DNA of 64,000 nucleotides from Octopus sinensis (lineage: Eukaryota), in assembly GCF_006345805.1 (NCBI RefSeq), contig NC_043005.1, positions 10,354,001-10,418,000 of the forward strand. Direction: 5' to 3'. Made by a program: the position numbers and the translations under genes. Positions 51,391-64,000 of this stretch are shown piece by piece. Below the pieces are notes generated by a model. That model ran no database searches. It saw nothing but the letters and a program-made list of their open reading frames with translations, and had not been told where the DNA came from. The first letter of the stretch is position 1. Each line of letters starts with the position of its first letter.

Positions 51391-51681
51391 TTTTGTTTTG
51401 GGATTTGGTTTGCAAGATTCTTTATATGAGTTGGTGTGTTGAAGCATTTTCAGTTGTTTCTGGGGAGAGTCATTCTCTTTTAGTGCCTTATTATTTAACA
51501 CACTCACCGGTAAAATTTCCAGTTATTTCTTATTTTTATTTTCTAAATTTTTCGTTGCGTCTTGCAACCTTTTCAATAGTCTTGACTCTAAAAATAAAAA
51601 ATAAGTGGAAATTTTACCGGTGAGTGTGTTAAATAATAAGGCACTAAATGAGAATGACTCTCCCCAGACACAACAGAAGAT
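51391..51681. mobile_element. Internally palindromic element (Penelope-like inverted terminal repeat or MITE) with 9-bp flanking direct repeat
   Basis: Arms of about 85 bp (51453-51540 vs 51590-51674) are near-perfect reverse complements. ACTAATATG at 51382-90 and 51682-90. The spacer has a hammerhead-like motif on the minus strand. Confidence 0.65.
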
Positions 51682-52404
51682 ACTAATATGGTTGTGCAGT
51701 TAAGAACTTGCCTTTGCAATTATATGTATATTTTAACTTTGCTGAAAATTCATTGTAGGATAGAATTTGTGTGACAGATATATTTATTTATAGTCATCAT
51801 TATTTCTATTTTTCCATGTTAACTAAATTTAGGAAGAATGGAATACAGCATATAACTACTCAACAATACTATTTCATTTCTTGTGAGTGTCCCAACATCC
51901 TGGGTTCTGTCCTTACCATGTCTTCTCAGGTTTTCCCCTCAAGCTTTTTTTTGTTTTGCATGAGTACCCTCTTTTACCTTGCTTTCAAGAAGTCAACAAG
52001 TGACCAGTTGTTCAATATGCAAGAAATAGGCAAATTACCCAAAATTGTTGACTTAAAAAAAAAAAAGAATTCATAGAAATATTTAGTCCTACGTATACAA
52101 ATATTGAGGACTATCATATTGGACCACTTTTGATCATATATCTGTTTGATCAGACTTCACCTGGGTGCTAATGCTATAACAACAACACTGCATATAAAAT
52201 AGAAGTGAGCTGTTTTTCTTTTATTTGCAGTTCATTTCTGTTTACTATCTTGTTATTAATTAGTGTTCTAAAATTATTTGAAACATGATTATTTTGAATT
52301 ACTTTTATATTATATATTTATAGGTGCAGGCATAATCATGTGGTTAATAATTTCATTTTATGAAATTTCATTTTATGAAATTTCATTATGTAATTTCATT
52401 TTAT

Positions 52405-52700
52405 AAAAAGCACCATCCGATCGTGGCCATTGCCAGCCTCGCCTGGCCCCCGTGCTGGTGGCACGTAAAAAGCACCATCCGTCCATGGCCATTTGCCAGC
52501 TCCGTCTGGCTCCTGTGCGGGTAGCATGTAAAAAGCACCCACTACACTCACGGAGTGGTTGGCGTTAGGAAGGGCATCCAGCCGTAGAAACACTGCCAGA
52601 TCAGACTGGGCCTGATGCAGCCTTCTGGCTTCCCAGACCCCAGTTGAACCGTCCAACCCATGCTAGCATGGAAAGCAGATGCTAAACGATGATGATGATG
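52405..52700 (+). mobile_element. RTE family 1 3'UTR copy
   Basis: Near-identical reverse complement of 39975-40255, with (GAT)n tail. Confidence 0.85.
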
Positions 52701-54328
52701 ATCTCACTGTGCAGCAGCTTGGCCAAATGTTTTCTACCATAACCTTGGGCTGACGAAGACCTTGTAAATAAAATTTGGTAGACAGAAACTGTAAAGTAGC
52801 CTGTTAGATATGTATGTGTGTGTGTGCATACATGCACTTGTTTGTGTACCTGTATTTCTCTGAGGAATGGCAATATTGCTCACCAGCAAACAAAAGAACT
52901 TTGTGCTATTTAGTTGCACCCCATAACGTTCCATTTACATATTGACCTGCAAACAACAGTTGATTCCAGTCCTGTTAGTGAACCTGTAGCTTCTCTTTTC
53001 TGTCTCAAATAGGTATTTGCAATGTATAATATTATCTTTCTTCTTCCTTATTAAAAATCTCCTCATCTATGAATATGAACTCCTCAAGTATGATTGTACG
53101 ATCAATCACTGTTTGATTAAGAATTATCCTATGGCTTTTGAATGATCATTTCATTGATTGTAGATCCTTTCTACTATAGGTTTACTATTAATAACAAATA
53201 GAGTGCATATCATCTGATTTAATGAGGCAATTAAAATCAATTATTAATTACCATTTATCTTTGAAGAAGGGCCTACCTGATACATCAGAACATAACTCTT
53301 TACAGTAAGCACAAAAACTTCTTTTCTTTTAGATATTTTATTTATTTGCCTTTTGGTGAAGTAGTCATTAGTTTTCTTTGACTTTAAGTTTCTGTTTTAT
53401 TTTTTTCATCATTATTAAACTGCTTTGGAAATTTTGCCATGTGATTATCATTTGTGCAATAATACAGGGATAAATATAAAGACCATCGTACTGTTTTTAT
53501 ATCTATCTGAGACATTTTATTATGACAAAGTAAAAGTTAATTATTCTAGCAAATGAGATAATTTTCTTTTAAAATAAAAATTCTCTTACAACAAGCTTCC
53601 TGTTACAAGAGTTTGAGTATTTTAAGGAGGAAAGAAGCAACCATTGATTGTCATTAAATTTGAATGGTGACCTTTTTTGTATGAAGTAAATATAAATATT
53701 AACAATTGTTGATACTAATGTAATAGAATATGTGTGGCTAAGGAATTTCCAATTTGTTACATATTCCAGTGAATAAATTCTTTGTAGTGTTATCAAATAA
53801 TGAATTCTTAGTATGACACTTAATTGAAGCACATTTCTGGATTATCACTCCAAATATCAGTTGGCTGTTGATAGGGACAAATAGACAGTAATTATCCTGG
53901 TAATGATCCAAATCTACTCCAGCTAAACTTTTGTGCCAATTATAAGACATGAAATTAATTAATTGAGTTCTCTCAATGATTGCAGTTACATTAGCTGCAC
54001 TCAATATTTGAAATGACCTGTTATTTTTATTTCTAGTTGTCAAATTAGGATCCCTAGAGAAATTCTTTCTCATCATTTAGAGGACATTTTAAATTGTAAT
54101 AAACTCTATAAAAAATTGTTTAGTGCTAGCAAATCCCATAACAATTTGAAAAAGATAAATTGTGCTTGAAGTCACCATAATATATATTTGTTATATTTTA
54201 ACACACACACACATACACACACACACAACTGTAGTGTATTTGATCAATTTAGACAACTGTGCATGCAAAATTTTTTCCATTTTTCAACCTGCATGTGCCA
54301 GTACACCTATACTCACATGCAAGTACAT

Positions 54329-54748
54329 ACTCTTTACTCTTTTTACTCTTTTACTTGTTTCAGTCATTTGACTGCGGCCATGCTGGAGCACCGCCTTTAG
54401 TCGATCAAATCGACCCCGGGACTTATTCTTTGTAAGCCCAGTACTTATTCTATCGGTCACTTTTGCCGAACCGCTAAGTGACGGGGACGTAAACACACCA
54501 GCATCGGTTGTCAAGCAATGCTAGGGGGACAAACACAGACACACAAACACACACATACATATATATATATATATACATATACACGACAGGCTTCTTTCAG
54601 TTTCCGTCTATCAAATCCACTCACAAGGCATTGGTCAGCCCGGGGCTATAGCAGAAGACACTTGTCCAAGATGCCACGCAGAGGGACTGAACCCGGAACC
54701 ATGTGGTTGGTTAGCAAGCTACTTACCACACAGCCACTCCTGCACTTA
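54329..54748 (-). mobile_element. SINE family A copy
   Basis: Reverse complement of family A, full length. Confidence 0.9.
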
Positions 54749-55745
54749 TATTACTTCTAGCCAAGCTAGAAATTATGGCTAAATCTCTTTCAGATTACAT
54801 CTTACAATCTGAAATAAAGATAGAGACATTTAGACAATAAAGATACTGTTTATACAAAAAACTAGTATGGTTACAGATGAAAAGCATTCTGCTTAATTGA
54901 GGCTGACTTAGGACTAAGCCACCACACTTAGCACATATCCATGCACATTTTAATGAGTTAGCAGTAGCAAGTCAGAGCCAATCTTTCACTAATCATTAAA
55001 TCAGTAAAATATATTGATAAACAAGTAAATATATTGACAAGAGTAATATTCATTTCTATTCCCTTTAACACAATCTAATATGAACCAATTAAGAAATCTC
55101 ACTATGGTTGCAACCTGCTAAAAAAAATAGCTTAATCTACCATGATTCATGTCCCATCATCTTAAAAGACTAGATGGTCGTTTTAATTCATGTACCAGGT
55201 AAACACTGTTACTTAGCCCTAGGCATCCTTTTGTGGAGTCCTCTCTATTGTATGTATGTGATCTAGGTCCCAAGACAGAACTTTTTCCTTTCCTCCTGTT
55301 GTTAACAAAGGTTCTGTAAAAAAGTGGTAACAACTGCCCTTCCTCTTCTGACTAAAACTATGCAATTTTTCTTTCACTTCTTTACTACCTCAATATCCAT
55401 TTTAATTATTCAAAGCAGAAATTAATATATTTACTTACTAACAAAATAATGCATCTTAATTTATTGTTATTAATTCCCAAATATTGGAGATGCTTAGAAA
55501 ATATATAATAAAAATTAGGTACTTTTATGGAAAATCAAGTGTTTCGCAACCTTTAAAATCTTAAATGACCATTCCTAAGAGAGTTCTACAGGTCGCTAAA
55601 CATAGTGAAAACAGCAGCCAAATTTATCTCCAGTTACATCTTATTATCTTGTTGGACACATTGGATGATGTATTTCAGATAGACTTTATTTGAGCAAATT
55701 AAGGACTGAAGGAGCTTTGATCATAGGTTTAACATTTCAACTTGA

Positions 55746-55954
55746 CCCTTTAGCCATATTCAGCCAAAGTTTTCTATCTGTTTTATATTCAAGCTGGTCA
55801 GATCCATCCTCTCACAGCTGCCTGACAATGTTATTCTAAAAATACAAAAACACATCATCAAAATCTTGAAGCTACAAGTTAAATGCATGATTAATTCAAA
55901 ACAATGTGAATAAATAAGCATTACATTTGACTGAGTAACCTAAATGCTAAAGGG
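55746..55954 (-). mobile_element. piggyBac-type MITE, copy 3 (older)
   Basis: CCCTTTAGC...AATGCTAAAGGG termini; interior homologous to 22448-22667. TTAA sites are mutated (TTGA/CTAA). Confidence 0.7.
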
Positions 55955-55965
55955 CTAAAATGAAC

Positions 55966-56175
55966 TGGAGCTGTCAAGGGAGCCTCTATATAGTCGTTTA
56001 GCTTGTTAGAAATAGCAACCAAAAGCTATATCAAATTCTACTCTATTGTTTTAAGGAAAGACAGACATACTGGACAATGTAGCCCCTAATATATAAAAGA
56101 TGGGCTGGTTACTGCTGGAATGACTTTGACCATAGGTTTGCTTTATTAGGGCTATTCTAGGGATAAAGAACTAAA
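55966..56175 (+). mobile_element. Old abundant dispersed repeat, family D (probable SINE)
   Basis: The motif (T)AGAAATAGCA(G/A)CCAAA...GGA(C/T)AATGTAG...GCTGGAATGACTTTGA recurs diverged near 9220, 24240(-), 30830(-), 38630(-), 41330, 55100, 55600, 57310(-), 57980 and 63080. Confidence 0.55.
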
Positions 56176-58220
56176 AGCAAAGCCATTTAAAAGCTTCTTA
56201 AAATAGGGATATTTTCCACTGCTAATTTAATACACTTTTAAAAATTTGTTCACCGCACTCAAATGATTGAAACAAGTAAAAGTATAAAAGAAAGAGCCAA
56301 GATCTTGAAATTATCTTCCCTCTTCTTTCAGACTTATAAACCATTATTACTAGGTTTTAATTTTCTTTCCCAGTGAATAATGAAGTTTTAGTTAGTTAAG
56401 AATTTCTCTTGCAAGGCTTTTAATACATCATCACTCATTAATTTAATTAAGCAAAAAAAAAAAAAGAAAGGCATTTTATTTCTCATCAGGTAGTTCTTTA
56501 AATTATACTTGATTGACATAATAAAGCAATGTAATTCTTTTTATGAGATATCATCTTTTCTTAAGATGGAAAAATTTTGAGAAAGACAGAAACACGATGC
56601 ATTTTTATTTCTCTTCTGCCTTTGTAAGAATTCAATATTGTTTTGTTATAATATTTGCTGCAGTATCAGTAATAATATTAAATATCATGAAGCCAAATTA
56701 TATTCCTAGTTGATTGCAATCAAATTCTTGAAATTAATGATATCCACTTACTTTATAAAGTTAGTTTTTAAGATATTCATATGGATATTTTACATGAATT
56801 GCTTAAGGGAAAACCATTAACTATTGATAGAATTCCTTTTAAAATAAATTTGCAAGATTAATAGAAGGATTGTTATTGTTGTTTTTCTAACACTCCGATT
56901 CTTGACAATAATTGGATGAAGTTACTGTTGTTGAGTTGTTGTAAAGCAGATTGATAACTTAGAGATGTCCTGATAAACCTTTAAAATGGTCTATAAATTT
57001 GTACCACAAACATATAAAGGCCTGGTTTGTTGACTTGCATTGAATTTCGTGTTCTGATAGATATGGAGCATCTCATTGTAAGATTTTTCTCCCAAGATTT
57101 TAGTGTGAATGGTATGAATGAATGGATAATAGATGTTTGAAGCGAGAAGTGTCCTAAAAAGATGAAAACCTTACAAAAAAGGGGTACTTAGTTGGGAGTT
57201 TAAAGACAAAACACAATGGAGCTGACAAGAAGAATAGAGAGGATGAGTTTAGACTGGAATAGTTTCTAATAATAAAGCAGAAACTGCTGTATTAGTAATA
57301 GTTATTGTTTATCCCCAATTTAACCTTGATTGAGTAGACCTACAATCTAAAGCATTCAAGCTATGGCAGCCCTTTGTTTTTTCTAGGCAGTAAACTACAT
57401 AAGCTAATGTGTCTTTTCTCTAAAAAAGTAAGGCTTAATTAGAAGATTTGGCTGCTCTACTTGACAGATTTAGAAGACCATTTAACAGGTGGTAAAGGAA
57501 CTGTTTCAATATCAAGAGCAAATCACAAGTACAAAAGAGCCTGCAGAAATGCATGGTTCTTAAGAAAAATAATGAACCATTAAATTTACATTTTTAAGGA
57601 TACATATTAAATTGTTGCTTTTGGTCTTAAGACAAATATTAAATTATTGTTTTGAACCTAAGGCTTTTTTCTTTTCTTCTATTGGCTCATGCTGTATTAT
57701 TAATAGAAGTGATAGGGAAGGTAAAATTTGATGCCAGAAAGTTGTGGCTGGATTAAAATAATTTGATATACTTCTGTAATATGAAATCAGTTTATAAATC
57801 ATAAAATATCAAGTGCATGAATTGAGAACTTGTGTTAAAACATAACTTAGGTGGTCGGTCAACAGTTACTTGTCTTTCCATGATCAAAGATTTTGCCCAC
57901 ATGAGGATGAATTAATTTAAAATTTTATAAACTACTGATCTTATCTTTCTGTCTTTTTAGTAGTGAGCCAAAGAGAGAGCTGCTGAGTAATTGCTTGATC
58001 TGCTAGTAATCAAATTATCTTCAAATCGCACCCTACCTCCTTAAATAGTCCAATGCAACATCATGTCTGAAAATCAAAAGATGAGATAGTCACTGCTGGA
58101 ATACCTTTGATTGTAAATCAAAGCTGACCTGAAGCTGAACAAGAAAATTTTTATCAGCCTTTTCTTAGATCTTCTTCAGATATTTTATTCTAATACACAT
58201 ACACACATTCACAAACTTAC

Positions 58221-58321
<101 letters not shown>

Positions 58322-58581
58322 GCACAATTGTTTTGATGAAGTTATAAAAAAAAGAACACACTTCATTTTAAACATATAGTAGATATTTGTTAATTTCAAT
58401 TCTGACCTCTTAACTTGCTACCTGTTTCCCTGTGTAAACACAGTATCATCAGAGATCAGAATATTTATATAAAAGGTTTTCACATCATTTATAGTAGTTG
58501 CTTATATGAGTATTTTGACCTCTTTATTTGATGATCCTGTCTTTACAGAGGGAAGCGGGTAGGTAGTTGTTAGGTCTAAAT

Positions 58582-59093
58582 CAGGGGTGGAGAAACTTTT
58601 TAGTGTGGTGGGCAAAAATTTCCAAAGAAAACGGTCCACAGACAGAGATATGAATAATTTTTACATTTTATCTTCTACAATCTTTCAGCTTTTGTTTCAT
58701 ATAAAATTTATTTTGATACATGCAATATATTTTAAATTTTCTCAGCTAGAGTGTAGTTGGGTCTCAAGGGGATGGTACAAACCTAGCAATATGTATTTTA
58801 TAATGGAAACAAAATTTCCATTAAAATGGCAATTACTGGACGATTTCTGTTCAAGTTTGACCCCTTTCACTCATAGTAGAAATGCGAGCTATGTCGCAAA
58901 TAGGCATATGGGTATTGTATAAATTTTACAATTGAAAACTTTACTATATTTTGTATGTGCTCCAGCATGGGTACAGTCAAATGACTGAAACAAATAAAAG
59001 AGTAAAAGAATACAGTATGTCAGCCTGTGGGTACAATAAAATGCATTCATGGGGCGCAATTGCACCAGCAGGCAGGGTGTTTCCCCACCTCTG
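58582..59093. mobile_element. Non-autonomous hAT element (MITE)
   Basis: TIRs CAGGGGTGGAGAAAC / GTTTCCCCACCTCTG (13/15 match). 8-bp TSD GTCTAAAT at 58574-81 and 59094-101. Confidence 0.85.
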
Positions 59094-59251
59094 GTCTAAA
59101 TCAAAACAAAATAGTGACTTCACTAGTGCTGGTGCCATGAATGAAAGGACCCAGTACTTGCTGTAAAGGGGTTGGAAGAGCATTTAGCCAGAGAAAGCAT
59201 ATCAAAGCAGATGTTAGTGCATGCTGCAGTCACTGAGCATGGAACACACAT

Positions 59252-59286
<35 letters not shown>

Positions 59287-60300
59287 GACAGAGAAAGGGA
59301 GAGATAGGGGAAGCAAGAAAAAAATTTGAGTGTACCATTATCTCTCAGTCAGTGAGAGAGAACATACTATGGTTGAAAAGTAAACTTTGTGAGATGTGGG
59401 GGGAATTACACACATGCACACACACACACATACATGTCCCTAAATAGAGCGAGTACTTTGAACTTTATTTTTTACATAAGATCTCAACACTAAATCTGCA
59501 GTTCCTAGAATATTCACTAATCAAATTTTAGGGTCTAAGAAAGCCTTATATGTGGAATTTGATAGACAGGAACCAATCAAAAGACTCATTCCTTATTTTG
59601 TGCTATAGCAGATTTAATCCATTTCCCAGTTTAACAGCACCTTATGAGTACCTTTAGCAGAGTACACTCAGCTGCAAGCATTCATGCCTGTTTTAGGGTA
59701 ACTTCCACCCACCAGTTATAGGGCCCTTAATAGAAATCATTATGTCGAACTGAATAATGTTTAGCTCATTATGGTGATTATGATAATGATGTGAACTATT
59801 TATCGCTATAAATACTGCCTCTTTAATTCTATTTTAGTTTCCACAAGGGTTTTATCGCTAATGGAAGCTCTACTCCATAGCAATATTTGATTTTTCTTCT
59901 CTCACAATACTTGTTCTATTGTTATTCTCGGTTTTAATGCTTTCTCCTTAATGAGATCTCAGTGATTTTTCTTCTATTTTGAGGTTAACTTCCTTTGTAA
60001 GATTTTCTGCATACATTTCATCCTATATAAAAATGAAGATTTCCATACTGAATGCTAGCTGAGAGCTGACACTTATCAATAGCTTCTTATCTCACTACTG
60101 CTGCATTGTATGAACATGCTAGCATGACTTTCACACAGCTAGTGAATTACATGTTAGATTAATCTACAATTACTTCTTCCCTCTGCTTCTAATCTTATAA
60201 ATACCGTGCATTCATAGCATTAGAAACTTTAATACTTCAACATGTAAGGTAGTTTTAATTAAAAAATATTTTTTTCCTAATTATAATATTAAAAGTCTTA

Positions 60301-60384
60301 AAAACAAGAAACTAAAGAAAAAGAAGCAAAAACAAGAAACTAAAGAAAAAGAAGCAAAAACAAGAAACTAAAGAAAAAGAAGCA
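60301..60384. repeat. Perfect 28-bp tandem triplication
   Basis: AAAACAAGAAACTAAAGAAAAAGAAGCA x3. Confidence 0.95.
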
Positions 60385-61539
60385 AACTCTATTAACACTA
60401 TTTCATAATTTCTTTTCATCTAATTATCTCCCCCCCACCTCTCCCAGTTTTTTATCTCTAATTTTCTTTTGCATTGAAAATGAAAGTTAAAGGAATTTTA
60501 TTCTAAGAAGAGATAACACTTGAATTGAAAGGAATATTACAGTTATGAAAGAAAATATAACAATTGGTTCTCAGGCTTCAGATTTTGAAAATAAAAGTTT
60601 TGAAATAGAAAATTAATATGCACTTAATAATTGATCTTGGAAATAAATTCTCAGTATGTTGCCATATTTTGTATGTTGTTATCTTTAAATGGTTAGTTTG
60701 AATCATCAGGTGAACCACATAAGATATGAGATATTGTAAAATGATTTTACAGTTTGCCAGATATCTTGTTAATTGGCTGAAAGATAAGAGAAATTAAGCA
60801 TCAGCTGTGAATTAATATTGGATTTACATTGCTTATTTAGATTTTCTCTATCTTATCATCTGTCACTAGTGATACCCTTGTAATATAATTGACTTAATGA
60901 GTAGATTATTAAAGAATTCTTACAAGCACACCTGTGTAAAGTGTTAACATGTAAGCAATATCAACAAATACTTTTGTCTGGCAAATGATATAATCTTTTC
61001 ATTAAATAATACTTAAAATAATGAAAGATCTACATTGTTTAGTTTCTGCTCTATTTATCAATCTAAGGGTAGTTCCAGAGTGATAAACAGTAGTACAAAA
61101 TGGTAAAAATATATTATTAGTTTAGAAAATATTTAGATTCAAAGAAAAAAAAAATTTTTTTGAAGTTTGATATAGGAAATTTTGCTGATAATTTTTAGCA
61201 ATTTATTTCAAATTTTGAGATCATAATGTTCCGTATGGTTTCTTATTTGATTTCTATAGAAGGTAGATTCATGAAACTATCTCGGGAAAATTAGGAAAAA
61301 TTTTCCAAATAAGGTGGTTAAATGTTAATACTTTTGTAAATTAGAACAAATATGTATACTTTTCCATTAGCAGAATGAGGATGCAAGCAGACCAGTGTGA
61401 AGGTGGTTGTTGGTTTTTAGCTCTTAGTCAAGTAGACCAATGGTCAAAAGCATTCTAGATCCCATCTCTCCGCTGGTAGTTTATGCATTGTGTTTTAAAA
61501 AACTAAATTATCTAATGTAACTTTTTTTTTAAAATTTAT

Positions 61540-61730
61540 TCTTTTTCATTCTTCTACTTGTTTCGGTCATTGTACTGTGGTGCTGCTAGGACACAAGGGC
61601 TTAGTTGATCAAATCAACCCCAGTACTTATATTGAGTTTAGTACTTGTCCTTTTGGTCTCTTTTGTAAAACTTCTAAGTTACAAAGACATAAACAGTCCA
61701 AAACTAATTGTCAAGCAGGCTGAGACAAAC
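61540..61730 (-). mobile_element. Old diverged SINE family A 3' half
   Basis: TTCTACTTGTTTCGGTCATTG...AGTACTTATATT...GGTCTCTTTTG, colinear with the family A reverse complement. Confidence 0.65.
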
Positions 61731-61771
61731 ACACATACATACGCACGCACACACATACACACACATGCACA

Positions 61772-61824
<53 letters not shown>

Positions 61825-63532
61825 TAATACTTGGATTCCCTTTCTTCAGGAAATCTACTGAGAAGCATTTTGTCCAGTGTGGTAACAGTTCTGTTAGCTC
61901 ATGGTAAAAGTAGTAACAACAACTACAATAATAAATACATTCACATAATTAAATCTTTAAGCAAATATTCTTCTGTTATAAATATTAGAGAGAGGAAATG
62001 GGATGGGTGGTACCTGAGAAATCACTTCCAATTGTTTTCTAATATAGCTATACAAAGAGTGTCAGGCAGTTTCACCTTGATGTTACCATGGTGACTGATC
62101 CAAACAAACACAACTGTAAGGAGATCATATTCATGAGGTTAACTACCTCAGGTTGCAAATCAATTTGGAAGTAAGCTTATCAACAATATGATATAGAAAT
62201 GTTAAAATTATATTAGTACATCATTGAGAAGTTTCATGACTTACAAGACTTTTGTGTTTGTGAAGTCAACTACTACAAACCTATCATTTTCATTAAGGCA
62301 TATAAAATATTTTCTCGGATAAATGATCTATAGTTTCTCATGTCATAAACAATCGATAGTACTGCTGCAGATAGAAGTGTGGTGGTAGTGATAGTAGTAA
62401 TGGAGGTGTTTGTGGAGTTGATTGACTTTTGCTGTACTTGAAAGAGAAAATAAGTCTTGATAAATGAATATAGTTGAGACTGAAAGTAACATTTTTCGAT
62501 TGAGTTTTTTCAGAAATAATGTGTTATAATTTTTTTCTCTGTGAGAAAATAATTGTTTCCATTCATATGATTTGTTAAAATATAAAATAACCTTTCTAAT
62601 ATTGATATAAGTCCTAGTCAAGTACATATGTGTGCGTTTTTATTGATTCTGTCCTCATCCCATCAAAACCATTTTAAGCCTTGAGCCAATGTTAGAAATC
62701 AATATTGATTTTGTTTTAACTAGATAAAAGTGCATATTTTTGTGAGGGATTTTGTCAGTTGAAAGACTCAAGTATATGACAGCTACTAGTGTTTATTTTA
62801 TCAACAGCAAATGAATAAAAGCCTCAGTCAATTCTTATGTGATTCAAACTTTGGATGTTGAAGACTGGTACCATGTATTACACTTTTAAAAGATATTACT
62901 TTTTTTTTCCTCTAATTTGGTACAAAGTTATTTTTCAAAAAGAAAGGTTACTTTGAAAACCCTGTAACCTTTTATCCTTGAAGAGATAAATGGAATTCTA
63001 AATCCAAAGAGATGGAAATAAATCTTGTTAGTCATTTCATCTAGCAAGCTATCATTTCTGTCAGAGAATTTCCATATAGTCACTGAATCTGCTAGAAATA
63101 GCAGTTAAATCTCCATCTGATCACACTTCAGTGTCATAAAAAAAGAAACACTGAGTAATCCAATCTTTGGTGTACTGTTTTGGATTACAATGGAACAATC
63201 ACTGCTGGAATAACTTTGATCAGCTGGAGTTAAGCAATGATAACAACAATTCAAATTCAATTACCAATTCCATTGATATCAATTCTTTTGCATTGACATT
63301 GTCTGCAGTTTTATTAGGAATGGATACAGTTGATTTAATTAACTTTCACTATGCTAATTATGCTGGAGGGTTTAAAAATGATATGAATACCTGCAACATT
63401 TGAATTTAGAAGATGAAGAGACTTAGCCATATACTATAAAGCATTTTATCCAGTAATGTACTAATTGTGCAATATTTATTGATAACTTTAATGTTGATAA
63501 TAATTTTGTCTAGGATGATGTGTCTTGTACAA

Positions 63533-63583
<51 letters not shown>

Positions 63584-64000
63584 GAGTTTGTATATGAGAA
63601 GACAACTAACACAGGCTCATGCACAAATATACACATAGAGACAACATGCATGCTCATGCATACATGCTCTCACTCTACATCAGAGCATACCTAATTAATG
63701 TTGAGGATTCGTCAGCTTTGAAGTATGTTTTCTCACATGACTTCTGGTGTCACAGATACCTTAATATGGAAATATCCTTCCAATGTATTTCAAATGAAAA
63801 CATAATGTATACAGAAATACTAATGAAATTATTAATTGTGCAAATTGTATATTCTGAACAAGTAAACAAAAAAAATATAAATATAAGATATGAAAGCTTA
63901 AATAGATGAGAGAACTTATCTATATTGTTTCTTTCCTGTTAAAATTAGCAACCAAATCTCTCTTAATTCATACACCCTATCAAAGAATACATTGAGTAAT

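Noticed and set aside
63167-63403. 78-aa ORF with 'VDLINFHY'
   Set aside because: Begins inside a family D repeat, has no splice support, and its length is within chance expectation.

Overview
Very AT-rich, microsatellite-dense eukaryotic DNA. The repeat families resemble those I recall from Octopus genomes; this is inference, not a database result. I find no intact protein-coding gene, tRNA, rRNA or CRISPR array. Nearly all ORFs in the track are translations of microsatellites, SINEs or decayed LINEs. The window reads as intronic or intergenic DNA built from: three to four tRNA-headed SINE families; decayed CR1-, RTE- and L2-like LINEs (one about 1.7 kb CR1 RT relic, the rest 3' fragments); three non-autonomous Helitrons; three piggyBac-type MITEs; one hAT MITE; and three Penelope-like terminal-repeat fragments carrying minimal hammerhead-ribozyme-like motifs. 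The most interesting unexplained element is a bulge-free 47-position hairpin at 10034-10138 with pri-miRNA-like geometry. It lies about 70 nt from a consensus minus-strand splice donor and about 90 nt from a hammerhead-bearing element. All alignments and folds were done by eye, so the ends of degenerate repeats are approximate.
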